The translations under genes were made by a program, and so were the position numbers. A stretch of 61,582 bases of DNA, counting the filler. It is 5 parts of 5 records of this genome, joined end to end, with 100 filler letters (N's around TTAATTAATTAA, not from the genome) between each part and the next. Parts side by side here need not be neighbours in the genome. Positions count along the whole stretch, not along the records: positions 28,154 to 33,762 come from SRR31156797_44900; positions 33,863 to 50,480 come from SRR31156797_44924; 3 more parts are not named here. The stretch is one strand, 5' to 3'. Below the pieces are notes generated by a model. It was not told the DNA's origin and did no database searches. It was given only the letters and a program-made list of their open reading frames with translations. Below, piece by piece: positions 30,344 to 39,969 of this stretch. The first letter of the stretch is position 1, and each line of letters begins with the position of its first letter.

Positions 30344-30934
30344 TCAACTGCTGATTCTGGCAGGGCAGTCTTTACGCGTGCATCCTGCGCAGCCGCCCAA
30401 AGAGACGGCTTGTTCCGCTGTCGGATAAACAAAGGCTATGCTCGATCCGTCAATAATTTCATATTCGGGAGACAATACCGGCTTTGAAATACTATCTCCA
30501 AAATAGTCAATGATGATATTATTGGCCTCCAGGGGCAGTTCCAAACATCCTGGAACCAACCGCCTTCCGGATTTCAGCCCGGCGGCCTTTAAATATTGTC
30601 TTATTTTATACTCTACAAAATCCAGGCCGTCCTGAAGAATCAATCTTTTTAATGATCCGACCGGGCTTTTTTCTATTTCATCGCCCGGTAAACCGCTTTC
30701 ATCCGAATAAGCCAGTTGACAGAGCCCGATAATCACCGGGTTTCCCCATTTATTAGAGTCAGGAGTTATAGGCTCGAAAATCGAATCCGGAGAAACTTCA
30801 TCAAAAACAGCGCTGATTTTCAGTAACGGAGCAACAGACCCGATCAATTCCCCGGCGGCGTCGAGGCTCAGGCCCGCCGCCTCGCGCAATCGGCGCGGAT
30901 CCGGATCAAATGGAATGTTATCAAGGCTAATCAT
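30344..30934 (-). CDS. Hypothetical protein resembling stand-alone methionine synthase B12-activation-domain-like proteins
   Basis: RLVPG...PLE segment and C-terminal CAGCTRKDCPAR Cys cluster; the family resemblance is an inference. Confidence 0.5.
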   Translation of the reverse strand: MISLDNIPFDPDPRRLREAAGLSLDAAGELIGSVAPLLKISAVFDEVSPDSIFEPITPDSNKWGNPVIIGLCQLAYSDESGLPGDEIEKSPVGSLKRLILQDGLDFVEYKIRQYLKAAGLKSGRRLVPGCLELPLEANNIIIDYFGDSISKPVLSPEYEIIDGSSIAFVYPTAEQAVSLGGCAGCTRKDCPARISS

Positions 30935-30994
30935 TTCAAGCTGCTGTACGACCAGGTAAAGGGCGAACCCCTGGAATTATGGATCCCTCGATCC

Positions 30995-31225
30995 TTAATC
31001 CTTGAACTCGGCGCCGCACCAGGGGCAATATTTAAAATCCTTGTTCGAAAGCGCTTCCTGGCAAGCGCTGCATTGCAAATGCAGCTCTTCCGAGCAATAT
31101 GGGCAATAAACAAATTCCTTGATAAATTTGCCAAATTCACCCGGCAGGCTGTTCCAGGCTTCCGTACATTCATTATCTAAACAAATCTTTTGCACGCTGG
31201 CTGCGGCGGCGTTGTTTTCTGTCAT
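30995..31225 (-). CDS. Small double zinc-ribbon protein
   Basis: CLDNEC, CPYC, CSAC and CPWC pairs; AAGGA RBS. Confidence 0.75.
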   Translation of the reverse strand: MTENNAAAASVQKICLDNECTEAWNSLPGEFGKFIKEFVYCPYCSEELHLQCSACQEALSNKDFKYCPWCGAEFKD

Positions 31226-31691
31226 AAACCTTTACATCCTTTTTTCCCTCTAACGAGGGTTAATTTCAGGAAACTACATTCGTAGTTAAAATAAATAATA
31301 ACATTAATCGCTTGCTGCTTCCTTCGCTCGCGACATATTTTTAATTTCAATAAAATTTACCATTAAAAAAACCGTCAAACCACTTTGTTCCGGACGGTTG
31401 GAATAATGGCGCCGCCCTGAGGCGAACACACGACGGCCAAACTCAGACGCGGAGATTAACTGCAGGAAAATATATCAGAGAGTCACACTTAAGACAAGAC
31501 CTCCTGTTCGGATCGGCCCCATATTTATTTGTAATCATTGATATGTTACCTGCATATCATATAAATGCACCCCAAATGACATCCCTTGGCATCACTAATT
31601 AATCCAAAACTTAACTTAACGGCAACATGAATCCTGCATCATATTACACCAAATAATGCAGTTGCATTCCAAGGAGGGAGTGATCAAAAAC

Positions 31692-33761
31692 ATGTCGACA
31701 ATTACGTTACGAAGGCGGCATTCAAATTCCAGGATATCCGAATCCCAAATATTAGAGAAGCTGGGAGCGGATTTTTCCACCCCGGAGCGCCTGGCGCTCA
31801 GCCTTCCGTTTGCAATCGGCGACGCAACCAGCGGTGTGGAAAATGAGTTGCAGGTTGTAGTTAAAGGAAGTCGAAAACAGGTTGATCTTCCCATAACTAT
31901 TGAACAATCCAACTATTTTAAAAATATCATCAAAAGACACGGTCAGGGTGAACTTCCCCGCAGGTTCATTAGCGAACTTGAACATTGGCTGGACAGCAAC
32001 AAGAGGGAAATTTGGGAAAACAGCTGGGTCAGACTAAAACTCGGCCGCTTGACACCTTTGGCCAATATGATCCTGGAAAAGGATTTTCTGGCGGACAAGG
32101 CCCGGCCCGATTCCGGCCGTCGTCAGGATGCCGACCGGTTTCTACTTGTGGAAGGCGGTGAAAACATACTCCGTGTTCCGGTAAGCTATATGCTCAAGCT
32201 GGCCCTGGTCGACGCGGCGGGCCGTCGGGAGGACGGCGAGTCTCTCATGAATGAAGAAGGTCTGAGGCTGGCCGATCATTTCCTCAGCGACAATACTTCT
32301 CCGGAAACATACTCCTTTTACGTCACTCCCCTCGCCTCCAGAGAAAACATGGGTAAAGACGCGGCCGCCGAAACAGCGATTCGTTATCTTTTGACACAGC
32401 TCCTGGTGCAATACGCTGAAAAATTCCTGGGCCTGGAAGAATCCGGACAAGACGTTAAAGTTTATTTTTCGCCGCATCCTCCGGTTCGTCAGAAAGAGCT
32501 TAATGAATGCATCAGCGATTCCTTTTATCGCGAACTATTCATGAATCCATGTTTGTCCGGCTGGAATCGGGGCGAGGCCAAGCATAGATACATGCATCTA
32601 TGCCATGAAGTATTGTCAAGAGCACAGATCAACGCTTTGAGCCGGCTTAAGGAAGCCGGCATAATCACCTCAAACCTGGTTGTTCTGCCCAGAACTTCAA
32701 ATATCAGCCTGGCCAACAACGGGACGCATCTGAGTCTGGGCAGCCGGATTATCAGCAACGCCCGAAAAGCATCGGTAATTTCCCCGGAAAATGAAAAATA
32801 TCTTGGCGACCTTATAATCAAATGCGTTGAACACTTCCTGCCCTTATTTGTGGGCGCCTATAGCGCAGCGCCCTATAGAATTGATTTTAAGGACTTTCAT
32901 CCGGAAAAAGTATTAAGCTTTCTGCCCTACCAGCTCGATTACACTCAGTTAAGAATGATCTGGAGGCGCTGGAAGAAAAAAGCCCATTTAAAAGTTCGCC
33001 CCTTGGGCTTCCGTCTGACGCCTTTCGGTCCTCCCATGCTGGACTGGATAATAGGCAAGGTCGCCGGATTAAAAGGGGATTATCTTCCCGACTACCGCCT
33101 TCTCGATTACTTGGTCAGCGTCATGAGCACAGAACAATGCCCGGGTTTGGACGGCTGTCCGGGCAATGAAGAACGGCTCAAAAAAGACTTGGCGGAGCTA
33201 GGCGTTTTTGATCCGCAAATGCCCATATACATGCTCTACAGGCAAAGAATTTTCCACCAAAACGGGTTTTCCGGCTTTGAAGGACGTCATTACAGCGTTT
33301 TTGAAAGTCTTAACCGAGATCTAGCCCGGGCGGCGGAACTCCAGTGCCTGGTAACGGCCCTGGCCTGCCGGTTGATAGCATCGGGAGAATTGGTTCACGA
33401 ACACATCCCGGATCGACCCGATATTGAGAGCGAGCGCAGGCAGATTTTTTTCGGGGCAGCCATTGGGTTGCCCACGTTTTTCGTCCGTCAGGATAGTGGG
33501 AACCTGTTCTTGAAAGAAATCCTGAAAAAGGTGCAGGGCATCAGGGTCAGTCGCAGGTATCCGGGATATTTACGCGTCAGGCTCAAGGACTATTGCCCCG
33601 CCCTGATCGAGTTTCTAAGGGAAAAAGGCGCACCGCAGATCGAGGCCTTCGGGCTTGAAGAAACCATTCGCGATCTCAAGTTAAGACAGGAAAATAGTAA
33701 AGATTATTCCGCACACGATCGGCTGACCTCCGGAATATTGGATAAATTGGGTAAAAAATCT
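31692..33761 (+). CDS. Large hypothetical protein with carboxylate-amine (glutamate-cysteine ligase-like) motifs, 3'-truncated
   Basis: Uninterrupted 690-codon ORF with AAGGAGG upstream; TSGVENELQV, NNGTHLSLG and GFEGRHY motifs. Confidence 0.75.
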
Positions 33762-33762
33762 C

Positions 33763-33862
33763 NNNNNNNNNNNNNNNNNNNNNNNNNNNNNNNNNNNNNN
33801 NNNNNNTTAATTAATTAANNNNNNNNNNNNNNNNNNNNNNNNNNNNNNNNNNNNNNNNNNNN
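33763..33862. other. Artificial contig linker
   Basis: N-run + TTAATTAATTAA + N-run. Confidence 0.98.
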
Positions 33863-35032
33863 AACGTCACCGCCGCCGATGATGACCACGTGACCGGAAA
33901 GTGTATCGAACCCTCCCAGGGCCACCTCTTTCAGGAGTTGCACCCCTGGAATCACCCCTTCCAGCGCCTCGCCGGGAATGCCCAGGGCCATGCCCCTGTG
34001 GCAGCCGATGGCAAGATAGACGGCCCCGTATCCTTCAGCCTCCAGGGAGTCCAGGGTGAAATCCGTGCCCAGGGCCGTGTTGTAGCGTATCTCGACCCCG
34101 AGAGCGCCGGTGATATGGGCCACCTCTTTTTCAAGGACGGCCGGGGGCAGCCGGTAATCCGGGATCCCCACCTTGAGCATGCCCCCCGCCCCAGGAAGGG
34201 CCTCGAAAACAGTGACCCCGACCCCGGCCCTGGCCAGAAAGGCCGCGGCGGTAAGCCCTGCGGGACCGGCTCCCACAATGGCCACCCGTTCCTCCCTCGG
34301 GGTGATTTCCGGGGCCTCAAGATCGTTCATATCCACCTGATCCGCAATGAAACGCTTCAGGGCGCAGATGGAGACCGGAGATTCCACAAGTTCCCTTCTG
34401 CAGGCCGTTTCGCAGGGATGGGGACAGATCCGGCCGATGCTGCCGGGCAACGGCAGGTTACGGAGGATCACCTCCAGGGCCTGCCGGTACTTTTTCTCTC
34501 CGGCAAGGGCCACATAGGCGTGGGCGTTCACACTGTTGGGACAGGCGTTGGTACAGGGGGAACGATCCTTTTTGGTGATGGCAAACGCCCCGGGCACGGC
34601 CTGGGCATAGGGCTTATACGTGGCGTGTCTGTCGCCAAGGCCCTGCTCGAAGGCACTTGGCAGGGAGACCGGACAGGCCTCGGCACACTCTCCGCAGCCG
34701 GTGCATTTCGCCGGATCAATGAATCGCGGGCTCTTTTCCAGGGTAATTTCAAACTTTCCCGCCTCCCCGGATATTTTGCGGATATGCGAAAGGGTGTGCA
34801 GTTCTATGTTCACATGCCGGCCAACCTCCACAAGCTTGGGCGACATGATGCACATGGAACAATCGTTGGTGGGGAAAGTCTTATCCAGTTGGGACATGGC
34901 TCCGCCGATGGAGGGGCTTTTCTCCACAAGGTGAACATAATACCCCGAATCCGCAAGATCCAGCGCCGCCTGGATGCCGGCGATGCCGCCGCCCGCCACC
35001 AGAACGGAGCCAATGGTGTTGTTGTCAGCCAT
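33863..35032 (-). CDS. hdrA: Heterodisulfide reductase subunit A-like flavoprotein with inserted GltD-like domain (HdrL type), 3'-truncated
   Basis: GGGIAG, QLDKTFPTNDCSMC, CTGCGECAEACP, then PCTNACP, GRICPHPCETACRR, GAGPAG and GIPDYRLP. Confidence 0.88.
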
Positions 35033-35595
35033 TTATTCCTTCTCCTTTGACATAAAAACCTCCCCATGCCGAATTGAAAGAATCACTTCAACCCGCACGC
35101 AGGGAGGCGCAAGGGAATACGGCCGACCAATTATCAGTTCATCAGCATACCGCTATTCCCCGGCTGGTTTGCGCCTGCCGTACACGGGCAGGACGAATCA
35201 TACATTGTCAGTATCTTCCGGGGAAAAACGGCATTTAAAAGCTCCGTAGATTTTGATAACAGTATTGCAAATACCCGAACCGTTCAGGGATGATCCTTGA
35301 TATCAATAATGGAACAGGGGTTCAAATCGTTATTATCTATTTTGCCATCACTTGACATTGAATACATGAATGAAAGGTCAGGACAAAACAGACCCCCGGC
35401 AAAGCGCCGGAGGCCAAAATCAAGCGGTTTGACATGGGACATAAATCAGAGTCCGGATCTTTTTATGTTTGACAAAGACACAGGGGATATCATTTAATGG
35501 ACCGAATTCAAGCCCCGGACGTTTACAAAGAAAAAAATCCGAAAGAACCCTGTGAACCGGCCCCCCCCCGGTCTTCCACAGTAAAGGAGCGCCAT

Positions 35596-36045
35596 ATGAA
35601 AGAATGGCTACTCGAGGCCCTTGTGTGCCCGGACTGTCTGCCCGGGGAACATCCCCTGAAGCTGGAAGAGCGGGGGGAATGCCATGGAGACGACATTCTG
35701 GAAGCGAAACTGGCCTGTCCCGAATGCGGCCAAAGCCACCCCATTTCCGAAGGCGTCGCCCGGGTGCTTCCCCGTGCTTCCCGCCCAATTCCCATGACGT
35801 CCGGCGGATACGATTCCCTGGAGATGCTATCCTCCTACCTGTGGAGCCATTTCTGCGATCTGATGGGAGATTCCCTGGCCACGGATGCCTACCGGATCTG
35901 GTCCTCCCATTTCAGGCCTTCGGCCGGGGCGGCCCTGGACATCGGGCGCTCGGTGGGACGGATCTCCCTGGAACTTACCCGGACCCACGGGCGGGTGGTG
36001 GGCGTGGACACATCCCGGACCTTCATCCAGGCGGCCCGGACCCGG
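35596..36045 (+). pseudogene. Truncated Trm112-like zinc-ribbon / SAM-dependent methyltransferase
   Basis: AAGGAG RBS; LVCPDC..LACPEC..PISEGV, then ALDIGRSVGR and VVGVDTS; homology ends abruptly at about 36045. Confidence 0.7.
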
Positions 36046-36750
36046 AAGCCCCGGCCGGGCGGGTGCTCTGTCCCATGGCCCAAAGCGTCAAGGAGATCGT
36101 GTATGCGGAAACCCGCCTGAAACAGCCCCTGAAACGAACGGGTCCCAAGGGCACCTTTGAATTCGAGCCCATCTCCTGGGACCGGGCCCTGAATCTCATG
36201 GCCCACAGGCTGAACGCCCTGAAGGAGGCCCACGGCCCTGAAACCGTGGGATTCTACGCGGGCACCGGCACCTATGAGCGGTCCTTCAAGGACATGTATC
36301 AGGTCAAGGGATCGGAGATCTACCTGGCCTCATACATTCTCTTCCCCTTCGGCGTCGGCGCCCCCTGCTACACCTCCCTGGGCGTGCTGGCCCCCAAGCT
36401 GACCATGGGATGCCTGCACATCGACATGTTCTCCGATGTGGACAACGCCGAACTCATTCTGGTGTGGGGCACGTCCCAATGCCGACATCCTGGCCGGACT
36501 TGCCCAACGGCTGGGCTACGGTCACCTTTATCCCCAAAGCCAGGAGGAGCGAGTCAACCGGGTCTTGGCGGCATCGGGAATCAGCCGGGAGGAACTCATG
36601 GCGGCGGACCGCCAACGTCAACCGGGTCACCGATTTCGGTCAGTTCGACCCCATCTCGGGATTTCCCACCTACAAGACCCTCATGTGCCAGGTAAAAAAG
36701 AAACGAAAAAAAAGAAGAGGCATTGCGGTTCAGGACCCCCGCCCCGGATG
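36036..36750 (+). pseudogene. Molybdopterin oxidoreductase remnant in three fragments and frames
   Basis: LCPM..RLKQPLKRTGPKG..ISWD and AELILVWG in one frame; ARPNADILAGLAQRLG in a second; NVNRVTD..FDPISGFPTYK (C-terminal motif) in a third. Confidence 0.75.
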
Positions 36751-36870
36751 CCGCCTGAATGCCCCCCCCAGAACAAGAAATCCGACCATGGTAAACGATG
36801 ATGCCGCACCCAATGCAGCCCCGAAAATTCCGCTTGCAAATGAAACCAATACACCCGTAATACTCAACAT
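36730..36870 (-). pseudogene. N-terminal fragment of a membrane protein
   Basis: AAGGAGG RBS plus ATG; MLSITGVLVSFASGIFGAALGAASSFTMVGFLVLGG, then immediately runs into the opposing remnant. Confidence 0.5.
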
Positions 36871-37065
36871 ACGCCTCCTTGTTAGTTTGAATAAAAAAGA
36901 ATCGCAACCAGACTGTTGCTGAAACGAATTATTTTCGAGGCTTATACTTGCATGATCCGGGCATGTCAACCGGCAGCGACGACAGCACGCAACCATCCGG
37001 ATTGCAATAGTTGATGAAGCCGTTCTACTACCATTTTTCAATTGAGAATGTCCATATTTTAAATT

Positions 37066-38076
37066 TCAAAACCGTCCCGGTATCTGGGTGCCGCATTGGG
37101 GGCACCGGCCGTGTTCGATCCTGTTTTCAACGATACTGAAAACAAACCGTTCGATCAGCAGCGTCCGGCAGTTGTGGCAGTAGGTGTTCTCCAGCTTATG
37201 GCCGGGAACATTGCCAAGGTAGACATAGAGCAGCCCTTGATCCTTACCGATCTGCCAGGCCTCCTCAAGAAGGGAGACGGATGTTCCAGGGAGATGGCTG
37301 AGTTTGTGATGGGGATAAAACCGTGTCACATGCCACGGGGTTTCAGGTCCGAGACATTCTTTGATCCAGGATGCGATCCCGTGAAGCTCTTCCCTGCCGT
37401 CATTGAATCCCGGAATGATATTGGTCACCACCTCCACATGAATGCCGCAGTTCCTTGCCTTTTCAGAAGTCTCTAAGATTCCTTCGACCCCTTCCACATG
37501 GCCGATCCGCCGGTATGTTTCAGGGATGAACCCCTTGATATCCACCCTGTAGAGATCGAGAAAAGGCGATATCATATTGAACGCTTCCATGGAGATATAC
37601 CCGTTGGTCACATAATTGGTATAAAGTCCCCGGTCCTTTGCGAGCTTTGCGGTATCCAGGGTATATTCGAACCAGACGGCGGGCTCATTGAATGTCCAGG
37701 AGATGCCGGTGCAGCCGGCTGCCTTTGCCCTGGAGACAAGGTCTTCCGGGGACACGTATTCCCCATGCATATCGCCCTCCTTCCAGTGGGCGATATCCCA
37801 ATTCTGGCATCCCGGGCAGCGGAAGTTGCAGCCGAGACTGCCGGCGGAGTACCACAGGGAACCGGGGAAAAAGTGATATACGGGTTTTTTCTCGGCGGGA
37901 TTCACCGATACGGACGACACCCGCCCATAGATGAGGCTGAAAAGTTTTCCGCCTTTATTGATCCGGGTGCAGCACCAACCCTTCTCCCCCTCCGGGATGA
38001 CGCATCTTCTCCGGCAGGTCAGGCAGATCACCTTTTCCCGGTCAACGGTTTCGTACAGGTATGACTCTTTTTCCAT
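37066..38076 (-). CDS. amrS: AmmeMemoRadiSam-system radical SAM enzyme
   Basis: CLTCRRRC..G.C..R, NPAEKKPVYHFFPG, GCNFRCPGCQNWDI, TFNEP, PWHVTRFYP, YVYLGNVPG, C-terminal CxxC pairs. Confidence 0.9.
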   Translation of the reverse strand: MEKESYLYETVDREKVICLTCRRRCVIPEGEKGWCCTRINKGGKLFSLIYGRVSSVSVNPAEKKPVYHFFPGSLWYSAGSLGCNFRCPGCQNWDIAHWKEGDMHGEYVSPEDLVSRAKAAGCTGISWTFNEPAVWFEYTLDTAKLAKDRGLYTNYVTNGYISMEAFNMISPFLDLYRVDIKGFIPETYRRIGHVEGVEGILETSEKARNCGIHVEVVTNIIPGFNDGREELHGIASWIKECLGPETPWHVTRFYPHHKLSHLPGTSVSLLEEAWQIGKDQGLLYVYLGNVPGHKLENTYCHNCRTLLIERFVFSIVENRIEHGRCPQCGTQIPGRF

Positions 38077-38781
38077 CTACACCTTACCCGCGCCGTACTC
38101 ACCCCTCAAAGAGACATAGAGAACCTGGCAGATCACCTCCCTTTTGATCTGCTTCCCTCTTTTTTCAAGCAAAACAAGGTTCTGGACGCCGCTTTCAACA
38201 ACGGGCGCGATCAGCCTTCCCCCGGGAGCGAGCTGGTCGATCAGCGGTTGCGGTATCCAGGCGCAGGCCGCTGTCACACTGATTCTGTCATAGGGCGAAA
38301 GTTCAGGGTAACCATCCCCTCCGTCTCCCAGAACAAGGACAATATCATCGTACCCTGCCACTTGGAGATTCTCCCTTGCGAACGCAAAGGTGACAGGATC
38401 GATATCCATGGAGACCACCCGCCCCCCGGAGCCGACGACCTCCCTGGCAATGGCGGCGCCATAGCCCGAACCGAGACCGACCTCCAGGAACCGGTGGCCC
38501 TCGTCAAGCCCCAGGGGTTCATAAAAAAGGGGATAACTGTGGGGGCATGAGATGGTTGCCATTTTTCCGGGAAGGGGCAGGGGCACCTCTTTGTAGGCAT
38601 AGTCCCTGAAAAGACTGGGAATGAAGTTTTCCCTTGGGACCTTCTCCATGGCCTGCCTGATACGTTCAGAGACAAGATATCCCCTATCGGTAAGTTCCCT
38701 CAGCTTCTTCGCCCGCTCTTTCATGAATTGATCCCTGAGTTTCACCGGCGACCTGGGGGGTGGTATGATCCAGCCTTGCAT
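38077..38781 (-). CDS. pcm: Protein-L-isoaspartate O-methyltransferase
   Basis: VPRENF, AY, TISCPH, LEVGLGSGY, GDG..G, PYDRI.VTAA, QLAPGGRLIAPV; start could alternatively be 38724. Confidence 0.88.
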   Translation of the reverse strand: MQGWIIPPPRSPVKLRDQFMKERAKKLRELTDRGYLVSERIRQAMEKVPRENFIPSLFRDYAYKEVPLPLPGKMATISCPHSYPLFYEPLGLDEGHRFLEVGLGSGYGAAIAREVVGSGGRVVSMDIDPVTFAFARENLQVAGYDDIVLVLGDGGDGYPELSPYDRISVTAACAWIPQPLIDQLAPGGRLIAPVVESGVQNLVLLEKRGKQIKREVICQVLYVSLRGEYGAGKV

Positions 38782-38921
38782 TTTTACGACCTTTCCGGAT
38801 TTTCTTTATCGAAAGGTGGTGATCCAAGCTCCGGCAGGGAGCGGGGACCCTTATTTCCCTATGATATCAAATTCTTTCTCAATGTGCTACACTCTTAAAA
38901 CAGCAAAGGGATGTATATGCC

Positions 38922-39662
38922 ATGAACAGAAAGAAATATGATCCCGTCACGAAAGCCATGGAAGTGGAAAGAATCGTCTGCAGGGGAGACGAGAGAAAGT
39001 ACTATCGCTTCCGGTCTGCCCGGTTTTACGGCGGTATCGCCACCGCCGACTGTGTGGGGTGTTGTCTTCGCTGCCGCTTCTGCTGGTCCTTCAGGGAAGT
39101 GTGCGCCCCCGGACAGACCGGCCAGTATTATTCCCCCGGGCAGGTGGCTGACAAACTCACCGGCATCGCCCTGAAAAAGGGGTATCGCCGGGTGAGAATC
39201 AGTGGAAACGAACCCACCATCGGAAGCGACCACCTGATCAAAGTGATTGGGGGGATCCCGCAAAACATGCTCTTTATCCTTGAAACCAACGGCATTCTGA
39301 TCGGCCATGACCCCACCCTGGCAAATGAGCTGGGCCGGTTTGAAAATCTCCATGTCCGGGTGGGGCTCAAGGGGTGCGACGGGGATGAGTTTTCCCGGCT
39401 CACCGGCGCCCTGCCCCGGGGGTTCGACCTGCAGATTCAAGGGCTGGAAAACCTTCTATCCGCGGGTGTCAGTTTCCATCCCGCTGTCATGCTCAGCTTT
39501 TCGACCCTGGAAGCGTTCCGCGGGCTTCAGAAAAAACTGACCGCCATCAGCCGTCAGTTCAAAGAGATCGAGCCGGAGGAAGTGGCCCTGTACCGTGACG
39601 TGGAAAAGCGCATAAAGAATTTGCCCATTTCTTCCTGGGAGTGGGTCAATGGAGAGTTTTAA
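38922..39662 (+). CDS. Radical SAM protein (uncharacterised)
   Basis: RFYGGIATAD, CCLRCRFC (CxxxCxxC), RISGNEP and LETNG. Confidence 0.88.
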   Translation: MNRKKYDPVTKAMEVERIVCRGDERKYYRFRSARFYGGIATADCVGCCLRCRFCWSFREVCAPGQTGQYYSPGQVADKLTGIALKKGYRRVRISGNEPTIGSDHLIKVIGGIPQNMLFILETNGILIGHDPTLANELGRFENLHVRVGLKGCDGDEFSRLTGALPRGFDLQIQGLENLLSAGVSFHPAVMLSFSTLEAFRGLQKKLTAISRQFKEIEPEEVALYRDVEKRIKNLPISSWEWVNGEF

Positions 39663-39969
39663 CGTTACCTCCGAGGGGTCGCAAAACATCCCGGCCCATC
39701 AAAGACAGAATCTTTTTGTATTGACGTGAAAAGCCGGATATATTATCTCTATTAAATATTCCGACTTTAAAACAGGGCAACCGAACAGCGCCCGGACCGC
39801 GTCACGTATTATTGAAACGCACCATACTATTTTTGGACTGATACGTACCGTTAATATGGCAGCCAGCCCGGCGGCACCTTGTAGATTATGGCATGTATCA
39901 CTTCCGAGCTCCTAACCTGTTACCTGAACCAGCGTGTCAGGTACACCCACGGATAAAGTCGACGACAGC

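Noticed and set aside
31586-31645. Possible sigma-54 promoter upstream of the large hypothetical gene
   Set aside because: TGGCA is present but there is no GC at the required spacing
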